64,000 nt of DNA, from contig CAVSGM010000001.1 of assembly GCA_963727485.1 (NCBI GenBank), positions 352,001 through 416,000 of the forward strand. The letters are read 5' to 3'. This stretch comes from an uncultured delta proteobacterium. GTDB lineage: Bacteria > Myxococcota > Myxococcia > SLRQ01. A program made the position numbers and the translations under genes. Positions 21,445-30,834 of the stretch are shown in pieces. The notes under the pieces were generated by a model. That model was not told the origin of the DNA. It saw nothing but the letters and a program-made list of their open reading frames with translations, and searched no databases. Position 1 is the first letter of the stretch; every line of letters starts with the position of its first letter.

Positions 21445-21459
21445 TCAGAGGTGATCGCC

Positions 21460-22554
21460 ATGGCACATGCCCCCCAGTCCAAGTCGTCCTCCACGCCCGC
21501 CCCCAGCCCCGCCGCCCCGGCCCTGGTGCCCGGCGCCGGGTGCCTCGCCGGCACCTGGGTCCTCTCGCTCACCGGCGCGCCCGTGCGCTGCGTCGACCCC
21601 AGGGCCCCCGAGGGCCGGGCGCCGTCGCCCCTCGACGCCGCGGCCGCCGTCGACGCCGTCCTCGATCGGCTGCCCCCCGGGCGCCGTCCCGCGCAGGTGG
21701 TGGTGGGCGCCGACGTCGACCCCCTCGACGCCGGGGGCGAGTGGGACGAGGCCGCCTTCGCCGCGGCCAGCCGCCTGGTGGAGCGCGGCGTGGCCCTGCG
21801 CCTCTGCACCCGGGGGACGCCCGGAGAGGGGGGCGCCGGGCGCGCCTGGGACGGGCTCCTCCGCCGGGGCGCCCACGGGGCCGGGGCCGCCCTGGAGGTC
21901 CGCCTCTTCACCCTCGACGCCGAGCTCGCCCACCTCTATGAGCCCAGCGTCCCCGCCCCGGCCCGGCGCCTCGCCGCCGCGGCCCGCCTCGGCGCCGAGG
22001 GCGTGGTCCTCGAGGCCCGCATCGCGCCCCTCCTCCCGTGGATCTCCGACACCGCCGCCCACCTCGAGGCGTTGGTGAAGGCCCTGGCCCGGGTGGGCAT
22101 CCACCGGGTGCGCGCCTCCTACCTCCACGTCGACCACCGGGGCAGCCAGCGCCTCCGGCGCCTGCCCAAGGCGCACCGGGCCCTCCTCCGCAGCTGCCTC
22201 GCGCAGGCCCCGGCGCATCCGGGCGAGGCGCGGCTCCTCCCGGCGGTGCTCCGCCTCCAGGGGCACCGGCGCCTCGGGCGCCTCGCCGCCGCCGCGGGCC
22301 TCACCGCCACCGCCTGCCACGAGGCCAACCCGGACCTCGCCGAGGCCCGGAGCTGCTTCGAGGCCCCCCCGATCCGGCGGGTCTCCGCGGCGCCGGCGGT
22401 GTCGGCCCCGGCCCGGGTCGGGGCGGTCGTCGGGGCCCCCGGTGGGGCCACGGTCACCGTGGCCCCGCCCGCCAGGGCCACCCCGCCCCAGCGTCCCCGG
22501 CGCCGGCCGGTCCCGTCCGCCCACGCCGGCGCCCAGCTCGGCCTCTTCGGCTAG
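21460..22554 (+). CDS. SPL/Rv2578c-like radical SAM homolog, CxxxCxxC degenerate, with C-terminal beta-clamp motif
   Basis: Family-like blocks GADVDPL, LCTRG, YEPSVPAPARRL, IAPLLPWISD; cluster position reads AxxxCxxP; ends QLGLFG. Confidence 0.7.
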   Translation: MAHAPQSKSSSTPAPSPAAPALVPGAGCLAGTWVLSLTGAPVRCVDPRAPEGRAPSPLDAAAAVDAVLDRLPPGRRPAQVVVGADVDPLDAGGEWDEAAFAAASRLVERGVALRLCTRGTPGEGGAGRAWDGLLRRGAHGAGAALEVRLFTLDAELAHLYEPSVPAPARRLAAAARLGAEGVVLEARIAPLLPWISDTAAHLEALVKALARVGIHRVRASYLHVDHRGSQRLRRLPKAHRALLRSCLAQAPAHPGEARLLPAVLRLQGHRRLGRLAAAAGLTATACHEANPDLAEARSCFEAPPIRRVSAAPAVSAPARVGAVVGAPGGATVTVAPPARATPPQRPRRRPVPSAHAGAQLGLFG

Positions 22555-23200
22555 CGGTGGCGTGCCGACAGGTTGTTCAGGCGGCCCGGATCGAGGCGGC
22601 TGATGGGTGGCCTGTCGGTAAGGCCCGCGTGAGGGCGCTGGACCCGGGAGCGGTCGTTGCGGCCGTTGTCGGTCATGATCTCCTGCACCTCGAGGCACAC
22701 CTGGACGTAGTCGCGCCCGATGCCTCGATTCCGGTGGGTAGGGACGCCAGTGATCCTGTGCCCCACGCCCTTGATGCGCCCCAGCTGCTTCACGTCGAGG
22801 TGGAGGAGCTCGTCGGGCTCACTGCGCTCGTAGCGACGGTGCGGGACCCTCGGCTCAAGATCTCTCGCTCGGGATGGCCGGTGGCGCCCCAGGAGCCGTG
22901 ACACTGTGGACCTGCCGAGCCTTGGCCGCCCAGCGATCGCCTTGCCGGTCATCCGGCCCGCGCCGGAGCTCCAGCACCAGCTGCCGCCACTCTTCCCCCA
23001 GCCGCTGCGGCATCCGCCGGGGCCGAGAGGAGCGGTCCAGCGGGCCCAAGTGGCCTTCTTCCCGATACCGTCGCAGCCCCTTGCAGGCGGTCCGCTCGTT
23101 GACGCCCGCTGCGTCGGCCGCGTCGCTCACGGTCCAGCCCTCGAGCCGGACCTGCTGGATGATCAGACCTCGACGGATGGGAGTCGTTCGTGCATGCCCA
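22551..23200 (-). pseudogene. IS481-family transposase remnant
   Basis: EGWTVSDAA.AAGV.ERTA, DRSSRP, frameshift near 22955, RRYER..PDELLHLDVKQLG, IMTDNG, NNL terminus; large internal deletions in the DDE domain. Confidence 0.88.
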
Positions 23201-23269
23201 CTTCCCGCGGGAGGCCCGGGTGAACAACGCACTCAGTCACTGAACGACCTCTTGGGAACCCACGGCCAG
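22551..23269 (-). mobile_element. Decayed IS481-family insertion sequence
   Basis: Imperfect 29-bp terminal IRs (22551-22579 vs 23241-23269, 21/29 identical); CTAG at one end, CCAG at the other; transposase fragments inside. Confidence 0.85.
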
Positions 23270-23301
23270 CGGTCGCGGCCGGGCCGGGGGCGCCCACCCC
23301 C

Positions 23302-23760
23302 TCAGCTCTTCACGCGCAGCGCCGAGGGCGCCAGGCGGCGCTCCAGGTCGTCGACCACCGCCTCCAGGTCCCCGCGGGTGAGGTTCTGCCCCGAGGCCTC
23401 CTTCACCGCCAGGAGCGCGTCGAGGAGCCAGCGGGTGAGCAGGTGCACCTTCTCCAGCTCCCGGCGGTCCTCGAACCACTCCGTCCACCCGTCGTTGCGG
23501 ACCTCGAAGTCGATGGCCTCGTACTCCCGCCGGAGCTCCAGGCGCACCAGGTGGCAGGCGTAGCGCACCGCCCCGGGGCTGGGCCGCACCGGCGCCTCGT
23601 AGAGGGGCGCGAAGCGCTGCCGGTCCCGCTCCGAGAGCCAGTCCTCCACCGGGGGCGGCCACCCGGCCAGATCCTGGGCCAGATGGTCACCGAGGGCCTG
23701 GAGGAGCTTGGCCTTGATGGTGACCGGGCGCAGCTCGTAGAGCCAGTCGTAGCGGCCCAT
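23302..23760 (-). CDS. Hypothetical protein downstream of cglD
   Basis: MGRYDWLYELRP...; normal composition and GC3 bias; 14 bp from the cglD stop. Confidence 0.75.
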   Translation of the reverse strand: MGRYDWLYELRPVTIKAKLLQALGDHLAQDLAGWPPPVEDWLSERDRQRFAPLYEAPVRPSPGAVRYACHLVRLELRREYEAIDFEVRNDGWTEWFEDRRELEKVHLLTRWLLDALLAVKEASGQNLTRGDLEAVVDDLERRLAPSALRVKS

Positions 23761-23774
23761 GGGTGCTGCCCGTC

Positions 23775-26700
23775 CTAGGGGATGATGCCGCCGCTGCAGG
23801 TGCAGGTGGAGGTGTCGCACACGGTGTTGCCGGTGCAGTTCCCGTTGCAGTTGGGCGCGCAGACGCAGGCGCAGGCGTTGGGATCGAGCGTGTAGTTCCC
23901 GCCGCAGTCGAGGGCAGCGGTGTCGCAGACGCAGGCGCAGCTGGTGCTGTCGTAGGTGTAGCCCGGGGCGCAGGTCACGCCCCCGGCGCACACGCAGCCG
24001 CAGGTGCTGGTGTCGCAGGTCTGGTAGCCGGTGCAGGCGCCGTTGCAGTCCGAGGGGCAGGTCCAGCTGCAGCTCCCGGTGTCGCAGGTGTAGTTCGGCC
24101 CCGGCTGGCCGCCGCCGCAGTCCGCGGGGCAGTCGCAGGTGTTCGTCTGGGGGTTGCACACCGTCGGCGAGGGGCAGGTGCCGCAGCCGCCCCCGTCGGG
24201 GTTCGGCGTCCGGTCCACCCAGTAGCGGTAGCTCACCGCCATCGGCAGCCCGGTCTGCGCCGGCCGGTAGGAGCCGAAGAGCTGGATGGTCTGGTTGGCG
24301 CCGTCGTAGTCGAAGCCGTTGGTGCGGCTCCGGGGCACGGTGATCACCGCTCCGGTTCCGTCGTCCATGGCCAGCTTCAACGTCGCCGAGATCGGCGGCT
24401 CGGAGAGCTGGTAGGGGCTGTTGGCGCCGCCGGCGGCGGTGATCATCGCCGAGATGGTGGTGGGGATGCTGTTGGCGTCCTCGAGGTCGCCGATGATCCC
24501 GCCGGCCTGGGTGATCACGTTCTGGTAGGTGCCGGCGTAGTTGAAGCAGTTGGCGTAGGGCGGCGTGGGAGACGGCCGGCAGATGAGGCCGTTGACCAGG
24601 ATGTTGTTGTTCTTGAAGAAGGTGATGAAGTTGTTCTGCGCCGTGGCCGAGACGCCGGTGGACTGCTCGTCCTCGTCGGAGAGGAGCAGCACCACCAGGT
24701 TGGCGCCGGCGCGGATGTCCGTGTGGTGGGCGGTCCACCAGTTCTGGGTGCTCTGGAGCGCCCGCTCATCGCCGCTGCCGCCGGTCCCCGGCTGGGTCCG
24801 CGACTGGAAGGTGCTGGCGTTGGTGGTGAAGCCCGCCCAGGTGCCGGTGTTGTAGTAGTCGGTGTAGATGACCCCCAGCCGCCAGTTGAGGCTCGAGTTC
24901 TGGAGCTGGCTGATGGTGTCGGTGGTGGCGTTGCCGAGGATGGTCTGCTCCTGGGCCATGGAGCAGGAGTTGTCGACCACGTAGAGGAAGTCCACGGGCT
25001 GCGGCGGCTTGGAGAGGAAGGTGTCGCACTGCACCCCGGTGGTGTCGCCGACCTGGGCCAGCGGGCTGCCGTTGGCCAGGTCGTCCACGGCGATGAGCTT
25101 GGCCTCGGCGGTGGTCTTGGGGGTGAAGGCGAGGACGTAGACCGATCGGTTGGCCGACCGGCGCACCACCTCCAGGGACGCCGAGAAGGGCCCGGTGGCA
25201 CCGCCGGCTGCGCCGAAGAGCCCGGTGGCCCCGGGGATCAGGGCCTTCGCCAGGGTGTTGGCGGCGGTGGTGATGTCACCGGACTGGTTCCAGTCGAGGG
25301 TGCCTCGGATGGCCGCGTAGCCATCCCAGGTGGTGAACGGCTGGGTGATCACCGTGGCCACCCCGCCGTGGCCCGTGAGCGTCGCGCGCAGGGCGTTGAG
25401 GTCGGCGGTGGTGTCGGCGCCGGCGGGGGTCATGGCGACGGCCACCCCGGCTACGTGCGTCGTGGGGTCGTAGACCATCACCCCCATCTGGGCGTTGCCA
25501 TCCATCACCGTGGCCACCGTGCCGTAGCTCTGGAGGGAGGCGAGCTGCACGTCCCCGGTGGTGGCGGCCTGGAAGAGCACCTTCACCAGGTTGGCGGTGG
25601 CGCAGGCGCCGGTGGTCACCGGGTTGGCGTCGTTGGGGTTGTTGGGGTCGGTCTCCGCCGGGATGTTCTGGGAGGGGATCGCCGGGTCCACGCGCCCGTT
25701 GTGGTTGCGGTCCTCGGCGCCGTCCATCAGCCCGTCCCCGTCGGTGTCGGGGTTGGTGGGATCGGTGGTGGTGCTCGGGTCCGCGTCCACCGCGGTGTTG
25801 GGGCAGTTGGTGGGATCGGCGCTCTGGGTGACGCCCATCTCCAGGCCGTCGGGCAGCCCGTCTCCGTCGGTGTCGGGGTTGGTGGGATCGGTCTCGCCGG
25901 GATCCACCTTGCCGTTGTGGTTGGCGTCCTCCTGGCCGTCGGTGAGGCCGTCGCAGTCGGTGTCCACCCGGAGGGGGTCGGTCTCGCCGAGGTTCACCTT
26001 CCCGTCCTGGTTCTTGTCCTCGACCCCGTCCTTGAGCCCGTCGCCGTCGGTGTCGGGGTTGTGGGGGTCGGTGTGGGTGACGTTGATCTCCCGGGCGTCG
26101 GTGATCCCGTCGCCGTCGGAGTCCACGTCGGGGACCAGGGGGTTGGTCTCGCCGGGATCGACGATGCCGTTGTGGTCGGCGTCCTCGGTGCCGTCGGGGA
26201 TGCCGTCGCCGTCGGTGTCGGGGTTGGTGGGGTCGGTCTCGCCCGGGTCGACCTTGCAGTTGTGGTTCTTGTCCTCGAGGCCGTCGGGGAGGCCGTCGCC
26301 GTCGGTGTCGCGGAGCCGGGGATTGGTCTCGCCGGTGTCCACCGCGCCGTTGGCGTTGTGGTCCTCGCAGCCGTCGGTGAGCTGGTCGCCGTCGGTGTCG
26401 GGGTTGTTGGGGTCGGTCTCGCCCTGCTCGAACTTCCCGTCGTGGTTGGCGTCCTCGACGCCGTCGGGCAGCCCGTCCTGGTCGGTGTCGGCGAGGGTGG
26501 GATCAGTCGTCGTGGTGGGGTCCGCGTCGGGGTGGAAGATGCCCTGGCACTGGGGATCCGGGGACGAGGTGCGCCCGAGCTCGACGCCGTCGGGGATCCC
26601 GTCGCCGTCGCTGTCGGCGTTGTTGGGATCGGTGTGGCGCCCGGCGCCGTAGACCATGGAGAACTCCTCGGCGTCGGAGAGTCCGTCACAGTCGGTGTCG

Positions 26701-26963
26701 CGGGTGTCGTTGCCCGGCGCGTTCGGGTTTGCCGGCGGGCGCCCGGTGGAGGTGCCGCCGTCGGTGAGCCCACCGTCGGTCCCGGTGTTGCCCCCGTCGG
26801 TGCCCGTCTGGCCCCCGTCGGTGCCGGTGTTGTTGCCACCGTCGCCGGCGGTCCCGCCGTCCTGGTGCTGGCCCGGGGAGCTGCCGCAGCCGGCGCAGCC
26901 TCCGGCGTAGGGCAGGAAGACGAGAAGCGAGAGGAGGATCATCCGACGGGTCGAGTGGCGCAT
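23775..26963 (-). CDS. cglD: CglD-like adventurous gliding lipoprotein (Ca-binding DxDGDG repeats, vWA domain, Cys-rich tail)
   Basis: Lipoprotein signal; TDGG spacer; DTDCDGLSDAEE start of repeat region; MIDAS VDNSCSM; LSDEDEQS; VPRSRTNGFDYDG; Cys-rich C-terminus. Confidence 0.85.
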   Translation of the reverse strand: MRHSTRRMILLSLLVFLPYAGGCAGCGSSPGQHQDGGTAGDGGNNTGTDGGQTGTDGGNTGTDGGLTDGGTSTGRPPANPNAPGNDTRDTDCDGLSDAEEFSMVYGAGRHTDPNNADSDGDGIPDGVELGRTSSPDPQCQGIFHPDADPTTTTDPTLADTDQDGLPDGVEDANHDGKFEQGETDPNNPDTDGDQLTDGCEDHNANGAVDTGETNPRLRDTDGDGLPDGLEDKNHNCKVDPGETDPTNPDTDGDGIPDGTEDADHNGIVDPGETNPLVPDVDSDGDGITDAREINVTHTDPHNPDTDGDGLKDGVEDKNQDGKVNLGETDPLRVDTDCDGLTDGQEDANHNGKVDPGETDPTNPDTDGDGLPDGLEMGVTQSADPTNCPNTAVDADPSTTTDPTNPDTDGDGLMDGAEDRNHNGRVDPAIPSQNIPAETDPNNPNDANPVTTGACATANLVKVLFQAATTGDVQLASLQSYGTVATVMDGNAQMGVMVYDPTTHVAGVAVAMTPAGADTTADLNALRATLTGHGGVATVITQPFTTWDGYAAIRGTLDWNQSGDITTAANTLAKALIPGATGLFGAAGGATGPFSASLEVVRRSANRSVYVLAFTPKTTAEAKLIAVDDLANGSPLAQVGDTTGVQCDTFLSKPPQPVDFLYVVDNSCSMAQEQTILGNATTDTISQLQNSSLNWRLGVIYTDYYNTGTWAGFTTNASTFQSRTQPGTGGSGDERALQSTQNWWTAHHTDIRAGANLVVLLLSDEDEQSTGVSATAQNNFITFFKNNNILVNGLICRPSPTPPYANCFNYAGTYQNVITQAGGIIGDLEDANSIPTTISAMITAAGGANSPYQLSEPPISATLKLAMDDGTGAVITVPRSRTNGFDYDGANQTIQLFGSYRPAQTGLPMAVSYRYWVDRTPNPDGGGCGTCPSPTVCNPQTNTCDCPADCGGGQPGPNYTCDTGSCSWTCPSDCNGACTGYQTCDTSTCGCVCAGGVTCAPGYTYDSTSCACVCDTAALDCGGNYTLDPNACACVCAPNCNGNCTGNTVCDTSTCTCSGGIIP
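25620..26710 (-). repeat. Intragenic tandem ~30-aa TSP3-like repeats (TDPTNPDTDGDGLPDGxEDxNHNGxVDPGE)
   Basis: About 11 imperfect copies visible in DNA and protein. Confidence 0.85.
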
Positions 26964-27072
26964 CACCCGCCCACTCTACCAACCCGCGCTCCCCCTGGCA
27001 CGGAAGTCCCCAGTGAAATCGCAAGGTCAGGGATCACATGAAACGACAATGGTCCCGATGTAGGCCCGCGGC

Positions 27073-28847
27073 CTACCGGGTGCCGGTGGTTGCCCGGGCC
27101 CGGGTCGGGGCGGACACGGTGGCCCCGGGCCGGGCGTAGACCACCGCCAGGGGCACCCCGTCGAGATAGAAGCCCGCCGCCGGCGCCCGCACCCCGGAGA
27201 TCGGTCCAGATCTCGAACTCCCGGTCCCGGAACTCCTGGTGGTAGAGGTACGTGGAGAGGTCCGACTGGGCCGGGTCGTTGGCCCAGCGGAGGTCGCGGC
27301 GCAGCCACCCCTCGCGCTGGTACCAGCGGTAGGCGGCGTAGGTGACCTCGTGGAAGTAGATCCGGGCGCCGCGCCGGGCGTGGGCGTCGATCCACGGGAG
27401 CACGGTGCTCACCGAGTTGCTCCAGAACTGGCGCTGCATCCCCACCGAGGCGGCCCCGGGGGCGCCGCCGACCAGGGCGTTGTAGGCGGCGGTGCCGTTG
27501 GGGTGGAAGTGCCCGGCGGCGGTGGCGCTCGGGAGGAGCACCAGGGCCGAGAGGCCCACCGCCGCGGCGCCGGCCCTCGCCGGGGCCACCGCCCGGGCCG
27601 CGAGGACCACCACCTCGCCCCCGAGGATCGCGAGGAACGGCATCGCCGGCATCCAGTGCTTCACCCCGCCGAAGATGGGCACGTCGGGCAGGGCGATGAG
27701 GACGATGGGGAAGAGGCCGTTCAAGACCAGGAGCCACAGGTCGCTGCGGCGGGCGTCGGCGTCGGCGTCGGCGGCGGTGGCGGGGGCGGGCGGCGGGGGC
27801 GGGCGGCGCGGGGTCGGCGGGCGGGGCGTTGCCTGCGGGGGGCGTGCCCCGCTTCGGCCACCACCCCGCGCCCCGGAAGAGGTGGGCGAGGGCCGCGGCG
27901 AGGCCCACGGTCATCGCCAGGAGGATGGGCACCGGCACCGTGAGGGCGGTGACCACGAAGGGGTAGGCGAAGGGGAAGGGTGGCTCGCGCAGCACCCGCC
28001 CCAGGTACTGCCAGGGGTAGTTCACGTGGTTGAGGTGGAAGGCGGCGTACCAGGCGAAGCGGCTGGCGGTGTGGTGCCACATCCACGGCCAGGTGAGGAA
28101 GAGCACCGCCGGCCCCAGGATCGCCATCGCCGGGAACGCCAGGGGCACCGCCCGGATCCGCGCCTTCCACCCGCCGGCGCCCCAGGCGGCCCGTCCCCGG
28201 GTGATCAGCCAGTGGAGGACCAGGAGCGGCGGGAGGAAGTAGGCGTTGAGCTTCACCGCGATCGCCAGGCCGAAGGCGAGGCCCGCGGCCACCGACCACC
28301 GGCGCGAGGCCCCGGGCTCGAGGGCCCGGCGGTAGGCGTAGACGGTGAGCAGCCAGGCGGCGGTGACCGGGACGTCGAAGCACGCCAGCATCAGGTGGTA
28401 GAAGTGCCGCGGGATCACCGCCATCGCCACCGCGGCGAAGGCCCCGGCGGCAGGCGTCGACACCCGGCACCCCAGCAGGAAGGTGAAGGCCACCAGGAGC
28501 GCCGCGAAGAGCAGCGCCGGGATCCGGAAGCCCAGGAAGTGATCGGTCCAGCCCAGGGTGTCGTGGAAGAGGGCGTGGGAGAGGCCGAAGAGGATCTTGG
28601 GGAGCGCCGCGTGCTCATGGTTGATGGCGAAGCGACGGGCGACCCCGCGATCCGAGAGGGCCTCGAGGGGATGGTGGCCGAGGTCGGCGAACCAGGCGGC
28701 GTAGCTCTCGCCGGCGTCGAAGTACACCGACTCGTCCCGGGGGATGCCCATGGTCCTCTGGGCGAAGACCAGGATCACGAAGAGCACCACGCCCAGGGCC
28801 AGGGCCACCAGGCGTTCGCGACGGGGGTGGGGCGCGGGCCGGGTCAC
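27073..28847 (-). CDS. ArnT/PMT-like (GT-C fold) membrane glycosyltransferase, two frameshifts
   Basis: GIPRDESVY, NHEHAAL.K, ACFDVP, VKLNA; continues in a second frame (~27800; VPIFGGVKHW) and a third frame (~27196; GFYLDGVPL.VVY) to TAG at 27073. Confidence 0.8.
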
Positions 28848-29806
28848 GGGGCGTGGCCTCCGGGGGCGCCGCGAACCCAGGCGTCGAAGCAGAAGTGCCG
28901 GTCCCCGTCCGAGGGCGTGCTCACCACGAAGCGCACCGGCCCCGGGTCGCCGCCAGGGAGCGGAAGGCGCCGTTCGAACCACCCTGGCCGCGGCGGGACG
29001 GTGAGGCCGCCGAGGTCGCGGTCGCCGGCGTAGGCCTCGAGGTGCACCGGGGCGAGGTGGGGCCGGAGCGCCGACTCGCCCACCAGCCCGCCGTGGACGA
29101 CCAGGGTCCCGGCGTGGGGCGCGGTGGGGAAGCGGATCACCAGGGGCACCCGCGTCGCCGGGTGGGCCCAGATGCATCGGCGCGGGAGGTAGTCAATCTC
29201 GCGGATCTCGGCGCCGACGTAGTTCCAGGGCGCCCGGGCGCACTGGAACCTCGGCTCCTGCCCACCGCCCGTCGTCCAGGGGCAGGGGCGTGCGTCGAGG
29301 GTCACCTGCGCGGCCCGGAGGTGGTCCCGGAAGTGCCAGCGCGGGGGCTGGGGCGGCAGGTCGAAGCGCAGCAGGCGCAGGCGCCCCACCTCGGCGTCGA
29401 CCTTGGGCGCGCCGAAGCGCCCCCGGAGCCGGGCGAGCTCGGCGTCGACCCCGGTGAAGGGCAGGTCCGGGAACGCCACCACCCAGAGGCGACCCACCCG
29501 GCCCAGGTCGGGATCCCCCGCGGGGAGGCTGAAGACCGGGGGACCGCCCCGGAGCGCCAGGCGCGGGCGCTCGGCCCACAGGGGCACCAGGAGCACCGCG
29601 TCGCCGGGGCGGGCGGCGGCGCGGATCCGGGCGGCGACAGCGTCGTCGTCGCCGCGGCTCGGCACCCGGGCCAGGCGCATCCCCTGGAAGCCCAGCGACC
29701 CCAGGGCCGCGAGGACCAGGGCGGCGAAGGCGGCAAGCCCCGCCCGCCGGACCCGGGGGGACGGATCGTCGGGGGCGATCAGCACCGCCCGTCCCCGGTG
29801 GGGCAT
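28844..29806 (-). CDS. Membrane-anchored hypothetical protein
   Basis: One TM segment, then RPGDAVLLVP.W, RRCIWAHP, RHFCFDA; stop overlaps GT start. Confidence 0.7.
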   Translation of the reverse strand: MPHRGRAVLIAPDDPSPRVRRAGLAAFAALVLAALGSLGFQGMRLARVPSRGDDDAVAARIRAAARPGDAVLLVPLWAERPRLALRGGPPVFSLPAGDPDLGRVGRLWVVAFPDLPFTGVDAELARLRGRFGAPKVDAEVGRLRLLRFDLPPQPPRWHFRDHLRAAQVTLDARPCPWTTGGGQEPRFQCARAPWNYVGAEIREIDYLPRRCIWAHPATRVPLVIRFPTAPHAGTLVVHGGLVGESALRPHLAPVHLEAYAGDRDLGGLTVPPRPGWFERRLPLPGGDPGPVRFVVSTPSDGDRHFCFDAWVRGAPGGHAP

Positions 29807-29914
29807 GGCCTTCGTTGACCGGTCCGAGGGGGGGCCGCTAGCATGGGCGCGCCGGGGACGGTAGCCGAGGCCACCGAGGGGGTCAACGTACCCCCGGTCC
29901 ATCCCCGCCACCCC

Positions 29915-30256
29915 ATGAAGCTCCTCGTGGTCATCATCAAGGGCCGGGCCCGCCTCGAGGACCTCCTCACCGGGTTCCTGGAGATCGGCGTCACCGGCGC
30001 GACCGTGGTCGACGGCCAGGGCATGGGCCAGGTCATCAGCCGCGACGTGCCCATCTTCGCCGGACTCAAGACCCTCTTCCCCGGCGCCGAGGGGGCGAGC
30101 CAGGTGATCCTCTCGGTGGTCCCCGACGACCTGGTGGACTCGGCCTTCGCCCTCATCGACGAGGTCTACGGGAGCCTCGCGGAGCCCGGGACGGGCATCG
30201 CCTTCACCCTCCCGGTGGACGCGGTGCGTGGCTTCACCACCGACGTCCCCGCCTAG
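29915..30256 (+). CDS. P-II-like (GlnB fold) protein
   Basis: MKLLVVII..., GVTGATVVDGQGMG, PGTGIAFTLPVD.V.G. Confidence 0.8.
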   Translation: MKLLVVIIKGRARLEDLLTGFLEIGVTGATVVDGQGMGQVISRDVPIFAGLKTLFPGAEGASQVILSVVPDDLVDSAFALIDEVYGSLAEPGTGIAFTLPVDAVRGFTTDVPA

Positions 30257-30288
30257 CCTTCGCGCCGCCGGGATCCGCCCCCGGCGCG

Positions 30289-30834
30289 TCAGGAGCGGGT
30301 GCGCCGGAGCCTGGCCTCGGACTTCTCCCGGCAGAAGTCGCAGAGGGTCGGCTCGGCGGCCGAGGCCGCGGTGGCCGGCGCCCAGGGCACGTACATGGCG
30401 CACCGGGCGTCGAGGCACCGGTGGAGGCCCCAGAGGAAGCCCACCTGCTGCACCGCCCGGCGGGCGATGCGGTCGGCGTAGTCGGTGAACGCCGCCTCGG
30501 ACTCGGGGGTGACGTCGCTGCCGGGGGACTCGAGGCCGGCGGCGGTGATCACCGCGACCCCCGCGGCCTGGTCGGCCCAGCCGGTGCCCGGCGGGACGCC
30601 CAGGGGACCGTCGGGGAGGACGAGCGGCGCGTGGAGGACGAAGACGCTCCGGTCGTCCTCGAAGGCGTGGGCCGGCGGCACCTCGGCGAGGAAGTCGGCG
30701 ACGGACACCGGGCCGGGGCGCGGGGGGACGGGATCGGTGGGCTCGCAGCCGATGCCGAAGGCCATGAAGAGCCGGCGGCAGAGGTGGTCGACGACGAAGG
30801 GGGGGAAGCCGGCGTCGGGGGCGAGGCGGATCAC
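30289..30834 (-). CDS. carG: CarG-like archaemetzincin-fold regulatory protein
   Basis: GTG overlaps carD stop; LFMAFGIG, LWGLHRCLDARCAMY.PW, CDFCREKSE resemble myxobacterial CarG. Confidence 0.8.
   Translation of the reverse strand: MIRLAPDAGFPPFVVDHLCRRLFMAFGIGCEPTDPVPPRPGPVSVADFLAEVPPAHAFEDDRSVFVLHAPLVLPDGPLGVPPGTGWADQAAGVAVITAAGLESPGSDVTPESEAAFTDYADRIARRAVQQVGFLWGLHRCLDARCAMYVPWAPATAASAAEPTLCDFCREKSEARLRRTRS

Noticed and set aside
25620..26710. Regularly spaced DNA repeats as a possible CRISPR array
   Set aside because: Degenerate, in-frame coding repeats of CglD; no unique spacers or cas genes
26996..27012. TGGCACGG near the cglD start
   Set aside because: Wrong orientation for cglD and no -12 GC
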